Positions 9,567 to 18,943 of a stretch of 57,413 bases of DNA are shown here, one piece after another. Below the pieces are notes generated by a model, which was not told where the DNA came from, ran no database searches, and worked only from the letters and a program-made list of their open reading frames with translations. The first letter of the stretch is position 1; the number at the start of each line of letters is the position of its first letter. The position numbers and the translations under genes are program-made. The stretch covers positions 1 through 57,413 of the forward strand of contig JAVCCP010000054.1 of assembly GCA_030765405.1 (NCBI GenBank), written 5' to 3'. This DNA comes from Candidatus Ancaeobacter aquaticus (GTDB lineage: Bacteria > Auribacterota > Ancaeobacteria > Ancaeobacterales > Ancaeobacteraceae).

Positions 9567-10919
9567 CTAATTCAATTCGTTATTAAGGCGTTTAGTTTCG
9601 TGCCGTAATTCTCTTATTATCTCAATGCTGAATGCAGGGTTTATTGACGGGCATATGGTGTGATTGTGCCACAGTGGGTCCAAATCTTCTGATATAAATC
9701 CGTTTTTCACTGCGCGAGTCCATTCAATTGTCCCCGGGATTGATGAATATGATGCAAGAAGAATGTGCGCCCCAAGATTATGGATAAACGCTATGTCGCG
9801 CTTGACATCATCTACTGTTTGTCCGGGGAGTCCTACCAATAGGTACATTTCTATTTCTCTGGATGTGAATCCATTATTGTTCAGGTTGGTGAGGGCCTGC
9901 TCGATTTCTGTATTAGTTACTTTATCGCCGGTATCCTTTTGTTTCTCAGGGATTGTTGTTTCTATACCCAACCTTATAGTTCTAAAGTCTAAAAGCTTTA
10001 TAAGTGAAGCAACTTCTGGGGTAATGTATCGTGCATGTAACGCGTTTGGCGTGTGAAAATAAAAGTGCAGATTGTTCTCAAGAATTTTTTTCATAAGCGG
10101 GATGAAATGTGATTCGGCTTTATATAAAACTGCGTCATCATAAAAGGCGATATTTTCTATTCCGAGATCATGGTAATGGGTGAGTTCTTTAATGATAGAG
10201 TCATGGTCTCTCTGAATAAAATGTGGTTCTATCAGTTTTGATGCGCAGTAGGTGCATGAAAAGGGGCATCCGACACTTGTTTGCAAAGCCGCTGCATTAT
10301 TATTCTTCAATAGATGATATGCTGGTATGATGTCTTCGACACACTTACTTTTATCGAAAGAGTGATCGACGATGGCATTAATAATATTAATAAGATGATT
10401 AAGCTGTGGGTTTTTTAGAATGTAATCAGCTCCGGTATGTTTGCGTGCATGCTCAGGGCAGATTATAGGATATATACCACCAAGAATTACAGGAGTGTCA
10501 GGGAACTGCTCTTTTGTAATTTTAATTGTCTCGACTACTCCCGGATACCAATACGTCATTATTGATGTTAGTATGATTGCGTCAGGTTTTGTTGCTTGAG
10601 CGAGTTTTTTTCTGAACAATTCTACGGGAATCCCATAGCGGTAATATCGGCGCGAGACATTCTCAATTTCTTGAGGTTTTTCTATTTGAGTCTTTGGAAA
10701 TTTGCCGCAATCATATTCATCAAAACGCGGTGTATTCCTTTTATAATACGTGGCTATGTCAGGATCTTTTCTATCGAGGCAATTAATAAGATCAATTTCA
10801 CATCCCTGGCGTTCCAGAACGGATGCTGCCTTCAAAAGGCCATGTGGTCTTACCCACAGGTCGTATAATGCAAAGTCGTGTATATAAGGATTTATAAGTA
10901 ATATGTTTATATTGTTCAT
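9567..10919 (-). CDS. B12-binding-domain radical SAM protein
   Basis: ILLINP...PHGLLKAAS start, SIMTYWYPG, VILGGIY, CPFSCTYC (CxxxCxxC), FYDD; ATG 10919 preferred to TTG 10940. Confidence 0.85.
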   Translation of the reverse strand: MNNINILLINPYIHDFALYDLWVRPHGLLKAASVLERQGCEIDLINCLDRKDPDIATYYKRNTPRFDEYDCGKFPKTQIEKPQEIENVSRRYYRYGIPVELFRKKLAQATKPDAIILTSIMTYWYPGVVETIKITKEQFPDTPVILGGIYPIICPEHARKHTGADYILKNPQLNHLINIINAIVDHSFDKSKCVEDIIPAYHLLKNNNAAALQTSVGCPFSCTYCASKLIEPHFIQRDHDSIIKELTHYHDLGIENIAFYDDAVLYKAESHFIPLMKKILENNLHFYFHTPNALHARYITPEVASLIKLLDFRTIRLGIETTIPEKQKDTGDKVTNTEIEQALTNLNNNGFTSREIEMYLLVGLPGQTVDDVKRDIAFIHNLGAHILLASYSSIPGTIEWTRAVKNGFISEDLDPLWHNHTICPSINPAFSIEIIRELRHETKRLNNELN

Positions 10920-10940
10920 AGTGTGACCTAGATTGTACAA

Positions 10941-11120
10941 CTAAAATTCCAATAACCAAATACCAATTTCTCCCCAGGGGGACTTAATCCCGAAAATTCT
11001 ACGAATCCCTCGGGGCAAACAAATCACAATTCCTAATGACCAAATTACAAAAAAGCGTTTTGAAATTGGAATTTTGATATTCTAATTTGTTTAGAATTTT
11101 GATATTAGGATTTAGAATTT
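10941..11120. repeat. Heptamer-periodic inverted element with nested GC hairpin
   Basis: ccaaat/caatt units on the left, ttggaat/tttagaa units on the right; CCCCAGGGG...CCCTCGGGG insert at about 10972-11015. Confidence 0.75.
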
Positions 11121-11196
11121 ATCATAATACAATGCATATTATATACTTGTGCATGGTATAATATCTGCTATTATATTACCAAAATAAGGAGTAATT

Positions 11197-12738
11197 ATGA
11201 AAGAGAAGGTCATAATTTTTGATACGACTTTACGCGACGGCGAACAGTCTCCTGGGGCGAGCATGGACTTGAGAGAAAAACTTGAGGTTGCTCGTCAGCT
11301 CGAACGTATGAATGTGGATGTAATAGAGGCAGGTTTTCCTATTGCTTCACCCGGTGATTATGAAGCGGTAAAGCTTGTCTCAAAAGAACTAAAAAAACCT
11401 ATTATTTGTGGATTGGCACGATCGGTGAAAAAAGATATTGATCGGGCACTTGATGCTTTGAAATATGCGAAACATCCTCGTATTCACATTTTTCTAGCAA
11501 CATCAAAGATCCATATGAAACATAAGCTTAAAAAAGCTGAATCTGAAATACTTAAAATTGCCACAGAATCTGTTGCGTATGCAAGAAAATATATCAAGGA
11601 TATTGAGTTTTCTCCTGAAGATGCTTCTCGTACAGAACCTGAATTCTTAAAGCAGGTTGTTGAAGCGGTTATCGGGGCAGGTGCAACAACGGTGAATATT
11701 CCTGATACAGTAGGATATACGCTTCCTTGTCCATATGGGGAACAAATAAAGTATTTGAAAGAAAATGTATCAAATATTGAGAAAGCAGTTATCAGTGTGC
11801 ATTGTCACAATGATTTGGGCCTTGCTGTAGCTAATTCTATTAGTGCGATCGTTAATGGTGCACGTCAAATTGAGTGTACGATCAATGGTATCGGTGAGCG
11901 TGCAGGTAACGCTGCAATGGAAGAAATCGTCATGATATTGAAAACACGTAAAGATCTTTTCCGGGGACTCTACACTGATATCAATGCAAAAGAAATATAT
12001 CGTTCAAGTAAATTGGTGAGCCAAATAACCGGTATCCATGTACAGCCCAACAAAGCTATTGTGGGTGAAAACGCGTTTGCGCATGAATCCGGTATTCATC
12101 AGGATGGTATGCTTAAGGAACGGACAACATATGAAATTATGAGGCCAGAATCAATCGGTCTTACTGAAAGTAAGCTCGTATTGGGGAAACATTCGGGTAG
12201 GCATGCTTTCAAAAATAAGCTGGAGTCTATGGGCCTTAGCCTTAAACAGGATGATTTAGATAAGGCATTTGAACGATTTAAGACCCTTGCTGACAAAAAG
12301 AAAACTATTTATGACGAGGATATTCAGGCGATTATCAGTGATGAGATTGCACACGGTAAAGAAACATATCAGCTTGAGTATTTAAATGTTACCAGCGGTA
12401 CGGGATCTATACCGACAGCAACGGTAAAGGTTCGTAAAGGATCAAAGGTCCTGACAGATGCGGCCTGTGGTGACGGACCAGTAGATGCGGCCTGTAAGAC
12501 TATTGATCGTATTACCGGTATTACCGGAAAGTTGACTAATTATTCTTTACGTGCGGTTACTTCCGGTAAGGATGCTATCGGTGAAGTATTTGTTCGTGTT
12601 GATAGCGAAGGCAAAACCGTAAGTGGTCGAGGGGCAAATACCGATATTATTGTAGCCAGCGCAAAAGCATATTTAAATGCGATAAATCATCTTATTTATA
12701 TGAAGACGGAAAAAAAAGCTATAAGCGGTAAGGTTTAG
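11197..12738 (+). CDS. leuA: 2-isopropylmalate synthase
   Basis: [42 protein letters not shown]-terminal regulatory domain GDGPVDA. Confidence 0.93.
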   Translation: MKEKVIIFDTTLRDGEQSPGASMDLREKLEVARQLERMNVDVIEAGFPIASPGDYEAVKLVSKELKKPIICGLARSVKKDIDRALDALKYAKHPRIHIFLATSKIHMKHKLKKAESEILKIATESVAYARKYIKDIEFSPEDASRTEPEFLKQVVEAVIGAGATTVNIPDTVGYTLPCPYGEQIKYLKENVSNIEKAVISVHCHNDLGLAVANSISAIVNGARQIECTINGIGERAGNAAMEEIVMILKTRKDLFRGLYTDINAKEIYRSSKLVSQITGIHVQPNKAIVGENAFAHESGIHQDGMLKERTTYEIMRPESIGLTESKLVLGKHSGRHAFKNKLESMGLSLKQDDLDKAFERFKTLADKKKTIYDEDIQAIISDEIAHGKETYQLEYLNVTSGTGSIPTATVKVRKGSKVLTDAACGDGPVDAACKTIDRITGITGKLTNYSLRAVTSGKDAIGEVFVRVDSEGKTVSGRGANTDIIVASAKAYLNAINHLIYMKTEKKAISGKV

Positions 12739-12755
12739 TTTATAAGGGAAGATTT

Positions 12756-13616
12756 ATGGGAATATCTGGCAAGACAAAAATATACGGAATATTTGGTTAT
12801 CCAGTAAAGCATACCGCATCTCCTGCGATGCATAATGCGGCTTTCACAGAACTGGGTCTTGATGCAGTATATGTTCCATTTGAAGTGCCGACTACAGACT
12901 TATCTGTTGCTACACGCTCTCTGAGAGCGCTTGGTGTTTCCGGTATTAATGTTACGGTTCCTCATAAAGAAAAGATTATTCCGTATCTCGATTCGTTGTC
13001 TAAAGAAGCTAAACTAATTGGTGCGGTAAATACGATAGTAAATAAAAAGGGAAAGCTCATTGGATATAATACTGACGGTGCTGGCTTTGTCAGGTCGTTA
13101 GCACAAGACGCTGGATGCTCCGTAAAGGGAAAAAAGATGGTGTTGTTCGGTGCAGGTGGTGCTGGACGTGCTGTTGCGATCCAATCACTTTTAAAAGGTG
13201 TATCTCAGATTGTTATAGTTGATGTTGCCGAGAAAAAAGCAAAAAATCTTGCTAGATATATTAATCGTTCTGTTAAGGGAAATAAAGTTAAAGCAATATC
13301 TCATAAAGATAGTGCACTAAAAAATATAGTCTCTCAGGCTGATGTTGCTGTAAATGCGTCACCATGTGGTATGCATGCGAAAGATCCTCTTCCATTTGAT
13401 CTTTCAGCTATCACAAAGAAAACAGTAGTGTATGATCTTATCTATAACCCTTCTGAAACGAGACTTTTAAAAAGTGCTAAAAAGAAGGGATGCATTACTG
13501 TAAACGGCATGGGAATGCTTCTTAATCAGGGATGTGAAGCGTTTGAAATATGGACTGGAAAGAAAGCACCTGTCACTATCATGAAGAAAGCTTTGAAAAG
13601 TTGTATATATAAGTAA
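12756..13616 (+). CDS. aroE: Shikimate dehydrogenase
   Basis: HTASPAMHN, NVTVPHKE, GAVNT, GYNTDG, GAGGAGRA, NGMGMLLNQG. Confidence 0.95.
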   Translation: MGISGKTKIYGIFGYPVKHTASPAMHNAAFTELGLDAVYVPFEVPTTDLSVATRSLRALGVSGINVTVPHKEKIIPYLDSLSKEAKLIGAVNTIVNKKGKLIGYNTDGAGFVRSLAQDAGCSVKGKKMVLFGAGGAGRAVAIQSLLKGVSQIVIVDVAEKKAKNLARYINRSVKGNKVKAISHKDSALKNIVSQADVAVNASPCGMHAKDPLPFDLSAITKKTVVYDLIYNPSETRLLKSAKKKGCITVNGMGMLLNQGCEAFEIWTGKKAPVTIMKKALKSCIYK

Positions 13617-13748
13617 AATCCTAAATAATAATTTCTAAACACTAAACAAATTCGAATATCAAAATGAGAAATTATCAAAACATTAGGAATGTTTAATATT
13701 TAGAAAATTAGTGTTTGTTTAGAGTTTAGGTATTCGGATTTAGTATTT
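13613..13748. repeat. Heptamer-periodic inverted element between aroE and pilD
   Basis: 13635-13650 pairs 15/16 with 13714-13729; right arm is 30/35 identical to 11086-11120. Confidence 0.8.
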
Positions 13749-13767
13749 TTTTGATGGAGAGGTATCT

Positions 13768-14583
13768 GTGGATTTTATTGTTGTCCTACCTTTTGTTTTT
13801 ATATTTGGTCTCATGGCGGGCAGTTTCATGAATGTCTGTATCTATAGGATCCCGAGAGAAAAATCTGTTGTTAAACCGAGATCAAGTTGTCCTCAGTGTG
13901 GGAGACTCATTAGATGGTATGACAATATCCCTCTTCTCAGTTATTGTGTTTTAGGGGGTAAGTGCAGAATCTGTAAAGCCGTAATATCGTTTCGGTATTT
14001 TCTTGTCGAGCTTTTGACCGGCATATCATTTGTTCTTTTCTTTTATTATGGATATGTTAATGGCGGGATCCCGCTTTCAGTTATCTACATATATTTTGTG
14101 TCATCTCTTATTGTATGCACATTTATTGATTTTGAGTTTTACATTATTCCTGATAGCATTTCTTTGTCAGGTATTGGCGTGGGGTTACTAGCCGGATTGT
14201 TAGTTCCTCAAATGCTCGGTGAGGTAACACATCTTAAAGGGTTATTGTTTTCATTCATCGGAGCGCTTGTCGGTGGTGGAGTCCTTTTTATTATTGCGAT
14301 CGTTGCGGAATATATATTAAAAAAAGAAGCAATGGGCATGGGAGATGTTAAACTGATGGCCATGATAGGTGCTTTTATTGGCTGGAAACTCGTGCTTTTG
14401 ACACTGTTTTTTTCATCACTCATTGGTTCAGTTATCGGGATTATACTGATTGTTGCAGGAAAAGCAAATATGCAGAGCAAAATTCCTTTTGGACCATATA
14501 TATGTCTCGGCGCAATCATTGCGCTCTTTTTTGGTAACCTATTGACAGACTGGTATATAGGTCTTATAGTAAATATTCATTAA
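13768..14583 (+). CDS. pilD: Prepilin peptidase / N-methyltransferase
   Basis: GSFMNVCIYRIP, SSCPQC...DNIPLLSY..GKCRIC zinc site, FIDFE, GMGDVKL, IPFGPY. Confidence 0.93.
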   Translation: MDFIVVLPFVFIFGLMAGSFMNVCIYRIPREKSVVKPRSSCPQCGRLIRWYDNIPLLSYCVLGGKCRICKAVISFRYFLVELLTGISFVLFFYYGYVNGGIPLSVIYIYFVSSLIVCTFIDFEFYIIPDSISLSGIGVGLLAGLLVPQMLGEVTHLKGLLFSFIGALVGGGVLFIIAIVAEYILKKEAMGMGDVKLMAMIGAFIGWKLVLLTLFFSSLIGSVIGIILIVAGKANMQSKIPFGPYICLGAIIALFFGNLLTDWYIGLIVNIH

Positions 14584-14600
14584 TCCTCTATTACACCACT

Positions 14601-14657
14601 AAAAAAGGGACAGCCCTGAATTTTTTATTTCATAAAAAATAGCGACAGTCCCATTTT
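14601..14657. repeat. REP-like doublet GGGACAG(T/C)CC, left copy
   Basis: gggacagccctgaatttttt...aaaaaatagcgacagtcccatttt; homologous to 17119-17169. Confidence 0.75.
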
Positions 14658-14748
14658 CTCCTCTCACTCACCGCGGTGGTGGGTATAAATCTGTATATAT
14701 TTTTTTAATGCTCATTTCTTTCAGAACTCGTTTTTTATAGCTACACTA

Positions 14749-14777
14749 TTGAAATACACTTTTATATAAGGTACAAT
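14749..14777 (+). promoter_or_regulatory. Sigma70-type promoter of the 773-aa gene
   Basis: TTGAAA-17bp-TACAAT. Confidence 0.55.
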
Positions 14778-14796
14778 AGTAGCGGAAGAGGTGTCT

Positions 14797-17112
14797 ATGA
14801 AGTGTATGATGCGTAAAGTGATATCGTTTTTTGTTGCGCTCGTGTTTTGTTCTGTTACGAGTGTGCATGGTCTTGTCATTGAAGATGATACTACCACAAA
14901 TTTAGAAATACACCTGGAAAAGCTTGCCCCTCAATCAATAGATAAAAAATATCCTCCTAAACGCATTCAGTATCTATTAGAACAAAGGCAAGAACTCGGT
15001 AACTTAGTTACTTTTATTTATGAAACGCTCGTGGAGTCTATTAATGATCCAACACGATCATTAATGCATGCCAGTGAAGAACTAAAAAATAAAATTAATG
15101 AGTATCAAGATAAAAAGGCACGCAGTGTCTCGTTTACTGTGCTTACCAAGCTTATTACTGCGCGCCTGACAGATGACGATGCTATTTCCTATATTCTTAT
15201 TCCTTTTAAGATGGGACAGAAAAACTACATTTTTGTTGTCCGTTCAGATTATGCTGTTTTTGAAGAGAAAAGCGAAAAACTACTCGAAACATTACCTTTT
15301 GTATCAGAGTTTAAAACAACGCCTAAAAACTTGTCCGTAGAAATACGTGAAATACCAAAAGATACCAGAATTGATCAAGGGATGTTTGTTTCCCAAAAAG
15401 ATTTTTATCTTGCGCAAAATTTAGATTCTGATGAGCGAACCGGTATTATAAAAAAATATTCCCCCTTATTTATGGTGCTTTTTTTTATCATGTTTATGGC
15501 TAATACGAGTCCACTCAGTGCTCAGCAGAAAAGAGAGGATCTTTCTATGAAAAACCCCGTGGTGAGAGAGTTTATCCCTTCATTTCTGCAGACTCAGGAA
15601 AAAAATGATGAGAAAACCAGGGTAGTATATAACCGTAACCTATTGTCTGCTCAAAAAGCGATTAACTGGCTTACCGGGCAATATAACACAAAAACTCATC
15701 TCTGTGATAGTTACGAAGATGAAGGGGGATTAAATGTCCTGCCGGAGTTAGCACCTGCCGGGTACACATTTGATCAGGCCTTGTGGGCCATTGCAATGGA
15801 TTCATTGGGCTCACATAAAAATGCAAGTCAGGTGCTTCGTGCGTTAGAAAAATTGCAAATGCCTAACGGTTCTTTTTATCCTGGATATAACATACACAAT
15901 CCACAAATAGGTTATTTTACGAATAATATACATGCGGGGCCTATTGCATTCGTTGTCATGGCCAATAATTTTCATGTGTATGCAACCGGAGGAGCGAAAA
16001 ACGGTGACAGGCAATTTGTTGCAATGGCACAAAATGCAGCAAATTTCTTGCTTACTAAACAAGGACCAAGCGGAGATGTCCGTTCAGAGATTGACGGTAA
16101 AATGTTTGCCAGCGTTGAAGAAAATATTGATTGCTATAGCGCATTCTATTATTTGTATAAAATAACCGGTGATAAGAAATACGGCATTGCTGCGCAAAAA
16201 ATGAAAAAATTTCTTGAATCAATGTGGGATAATGAAAGAGGGTTCTTCTATCAAGGATTGAATTATACTGATAACGGTACATTTTATACAAATATTGAGC
16301 CGGCATATGACGCAAGCGTATGGGGGTATCTCCTATTAGGTGACAGAGGGCCGGGCGGTGAGGAATATGATAGAGGGTTGGATTTTGTTCAAAAAGAACT
16401 GCTGGTAAGTAATGATACCGGTTTTGTCCATGTGAGCAGTGACATGAGAAAGTATCGGGATGTGTTCTGGATTGATCCGACAATATGGTTTTCTATTGCG
16501 CGCCTCAAAGAAGGGAATGTTTCTCATGCACAGCTGTTTTTCAGTAATATGCTTCGGTATCAAACCGCACGCGGGGGATTTCCTCTGAATGAATGGAAAA
16601 ATAGGGGGGTGGAAGGTAAAGATGCGCATTCTGATCCTGTATGGAAATTGTATCCTTTTGATGCTGTTCATCCTGCTGTGGCTGCAGTCTTTTATATGAA
16701 ACTCTTGCAAAATCCGGATTTCAATATTTTTCATCCTACTCTCAGTGCAGGTAAACCAATTCCCGGCGTGACAGTAAAAGATGTCTCAAAACTTAAGAAA
16801 CCTTCTCGGAAGAAAAAGGGGCGTTTATATGGCATTACCGGTGCGGTGTTTATTCCTGAGCTTATAAACGGTATCATGTCTTTATATCAATACATGATAG
16901 ATCTATCGCCGTATGTATTTGGTCTTTCTCTTGCTGCAATCGGAATTTATACGGGGTGGCAGAAGAGGGGAATGATTAAAGATATCTTTGTATCGTTCAA
17001 AAGGTACTATGATGAAATAGACAAGAGTATGCTTAAGATACCGCGCCTCAATATATTAAAGCAGTATGAAGGGCTGAAAAAGAAACGCAGTTTATTCTCT
17101 TCCTCTGCTTGA
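14797..17112 (+). CDS. Large exported/membrane hypothetical protein with six-hairpin glycosidase-like (alpha/alpha) domain
   Basis: 773-aa ORF (GTG 14791; ATG 14797 preferred), signal peptide, internal hydrophobic segment, helical-barrel-like motifs YTFDQALWAIA, LQMPNGSF, SVEENIDCYSAF, ITGDKKY, MWDNERGFFYQG; fold call is pattern-based only. Confidence 0.5.
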   Translation: MKCMMRKVISFFVALVFCSVTSVHGLVIEDDTTTNLEIHLEKLAPQSIDKKYPPKRIQYLLEQRQELGNLVTFIYETLVESINDPTRSLMHASEELKNKINEYQDKKARSVSFTVLTKLITARLTDDDAISYILIPFKMGQKNYIFVVRSDYAVFEEKSEKLLETLPFVSEFKTTPKNLSVEIREIPKDTRIDQGMFVSQKDFYLAQNLDSDERTGIIKKYSPLFMVLFFIMFMANTSPLSAQQKREDLSMKNPVVREFIPSFLQTQEKNDEKTRVVYNRNLLSAQKAINWLTGQYNTKTHLCDSYEDEGGLNVLPELAPAGYTFDQALWAIAMDSLGSHKNASQVLRALEKLQMPNGSFYPGYNIHNPQIGYFTNNIHAGPIAFVVMANNFHVYATGGAKNGDRQFVAMAQNAANFLLTKQGPSGDVRSEIDGKMFASVEENIDCYSAFYYLYKITGDKKYGIAAQKMKKFLESMWDNERGFFYQGLNYTDNGTFYTNIEPAYDASVWGYLLLGDRGPGGEEYDRGLDFVQKELLVSNDTGFVHVSSDMRKYRDVFWIDPTIWFSIARLKEGNVSHAQLFFSNMLRYQTARGGFPLNEWKNRGVEGKDAHSDPVWKLYPFDAVHPAVAAVFYMKLLQNPDFNIFHPTLSAGKPIPGVTVKDVSKLKKPSRKKKGRLYGITGAVFIPELINGIMSLYQYMIDLSPYVFGLSLAAIGIYTGWQKRGMIKDIFVSFKRYYDEIDKSMLKIPRLNILKQYEGLKKKRSLFSSSA

Positions 17113-17118
17113 GACGTT

Positions 17119-17169
17119 AAAAATGGGACAGTCCCGAATTTTTAAAAAAATAGGGACAGTCCCCATTTT
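17119..17169. repeat. REP-like doublet GGGACAGTCCC, right copy
   Basis: gggacagtcccgaatttttaaaaaaatagggacagtccccatttt. Confidence 0.75.
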
Positions 17170-17171
17170 GT

Positions 17172-17200
17172 TTGACAACATTCTATCCTGCTGGTAACAT
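17172..17200 (+). promoter_or_regulatory. Sigma70-type promoter of aroC
   Basis: TTGACA-17bp-TAACAT. Confidence 0.55.
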
Positions 17201-17241
17201 TTTCCTTGCTAACACGTTATAAACTATTATGAGGTGACGAT

Positions 17242-18372
17242 ATGTTACGTTTCTTGACTGCTGGTGAATCACATGGTGAATGCCTTAGCGCTATTCTTGA
17301 AGGTCTTCCTGCTGGATTAAAGATTGATGTAAAAAAAATAAATGTTGATCTTGCCAGACGCCAGTCAGGGTATGGACGTGGTGGAAGGATGGCAATCGAA
17401 AAAGACACGGTTAAGATAGTTTCTGGTCTCCGTAAGGGTGTTACTATTGGGTCTCCTATTGCGATACTTGTCAAAAATAAAGATTTTAAGATAAATGAGT
17501 TACCTAAAGTGACACATCCGCGTCCCGGTCATGCTGACCTTGTCGGTGCATTAAAATATAACAGAAGTGACGTAAGAGATATTTTGGAACGTGCAAGTGC
17601 ACGCGAAACAGCTGCACGTACAGGTGTGGGTGCTCTATGTAAACAGCTTTTGGAAGAGTTTAAGATAATTCTTCTTAGCCATGTTGTTGAAATTGGTGGA
17701 GTGAAGGCGTCTACGCACCATTTAAACTATGCGAAAATTGAAAAGGCTAAAGCAAAATCTCAGCTCAATTGTGCTGATCCTGTTATAGAAAAAAGAATTA
17801 TTTCATCGATCGAAAGAGCAAAAGAAGAAAAGAATACGCTTGGTGGTGTTTTTGAGGTAATAATCAGAAATGTTCCGCCAGGATTAGGCAGTTACATACA
17901 ATGGAATAAAAGACTGGGTGCACGTTTGTCTTATGCTCTCATGGGTATACAGGCTATAAAGGGTGTTGAGATAGGGCTAGGATTTGATTGTGCACGCAAA
18001 CTTGGATCTGACGTACATGATGAGATGTTTCTTTCCGGCAAAAACTTATTGAACGTTAAACGTAAAACAAATAATGCCGGTGGAATTGAAGGTGGAATGT
18101 CAAATGGCGAGGATATTGTTATTCGTGCTGCTATGAAACCTATTGCAACGGTTATGGAACCACTCCAATCTGTTGATATCAAAACAAAAAAGAAATGTTG
18201 TGCAGCTACTGAAAGATCTGATATTTGTGCTGTTCCCGCGGCAAGTGTTGTCGGTGAAGCTATGTGTGCATTTGTTATTGCTGAGGCACTTCTCGAAAAA
18301 TTCGGTGGTGACAGTATGGATGAGGTCTCGAGAAACTATAAATCTTATGTAGGTCAAGTAAAGAAGTTCTAA
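17242..18372 (+). CDS. aroC: Chorismate synthase
   Basis: MLRFLTAGESHG, RPGHADL, ERASARETAAR, NNAGGIEGGMSNG, RSDICAVP. Confidence 0.97.
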   Translation: MLRFLTAGESHGECLSAILEGLPAGLKIDVKKINVDLARRQSGYGRGGRMAIEKDTVKIVSGLRKGVTIGSPIAILVKNKDFKINELPKVTHPRPGHADLVGALKYNRSDVRDILERASARETAARTGVGALCKQLLEEFKIILLSHVVEIGGVKASTHHLNYAKIEKAKAKSQLNCADPVIEKRIISSIERAKEEKNTLGGVFEVIIRNVPPGLGSYIQWNKRLGARLSYALMGIQAIKGVEIGLGFDCARKLGSDVHDEMFLSGKNLLNVKRKTNNAGGIEGGMSNGEDIVIRAAMKPIATVMEPLQSVDIKTKKKCCAATERSDICAVPAASVVGEAMCAFVIAEALLEKFGGDSMDEVSRNYKSYVGQVKKF

Positions 18373-18388
18373 AACTGTTCATAGCGGT

Positions 18389-18919
18389 GTGCTAATACAT
18401 ATGTCATTTGATAAGAATATTATATTGTTTGGTTTTATGGGTTCTGGGAAGACCGCTGTGGGTAAAGCGATCGCTCAGACCCTTGGGTTGGAACTGATTG
18501 AAATGGATGAAATTATTGTTCAGCACGAAAATAAATCCATTAATAATATCTTTAAAGAGAATGGTGAGCCATATTTTCGTCAGCTTGAGAGGCGTATCGT
18601 TAAGGAATTAGCCGAAAAAGATGGTATTGTTGTTTCTACAGGAGGCGGAGTAATATTAGACGAAGAGAACCTTAACGATTTCAGGAAAAAGGGTATTCTC
18701 TTTTCTCTGATGGTTTCCCCGGAAGTTGTCTATGAGCGAACAAAAGATGAGGCCCACCGGCCCTTATTAAATGTCCTGGAACCTATGAAGAAAATCACTG
18801 AACTATTGGAATACAGGGAAGCGTTTTATAAAAAGGCTGATCACATTATTGACACAGACACTAAAAGTGTTGAAGATGTTGCTCGTGAGGTAATAGAGCT
18901 CTATAAAGAGAATCAATAG
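18389..18919 (+). CDS. aroK: Shikimate kinase
   Basis: GFMGSGKT P-loop, GEPYFR, STGGG, RPLL; ATG 18401 is an alternative start. Confidence 0.93.
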   Translation: MLIHMSFDKNIILFGFMGSGKTAVGKAIAQTLGLELIEMDEIIVQHENKSINNIFKENGEPYFRQLERRIVKELAEKDGIVVSTGGGVILDEENLNDFRKKGILFSLMVSPEVVYERTKDEAHRPLLNVLEPMKKITELLEYREAFYKKADHIIDTDTKSVEDVAREVIELYKENQ

Positions 18920-18943
18920 TTATAAAATATTGGAATATATCAT

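Noticed and set aside
11121..11196. Leu attenuator or T-box upstream of leuA
   Set aside because: No Leu-rich leader peptide, T-box motif or terminator in the short leader
17217..18357. Several minus-strand ORFs over aroC; similar shadows over most other genes
   Set aside because: Fully overlap confident genes on the opposite strand and show no recognisable motifs
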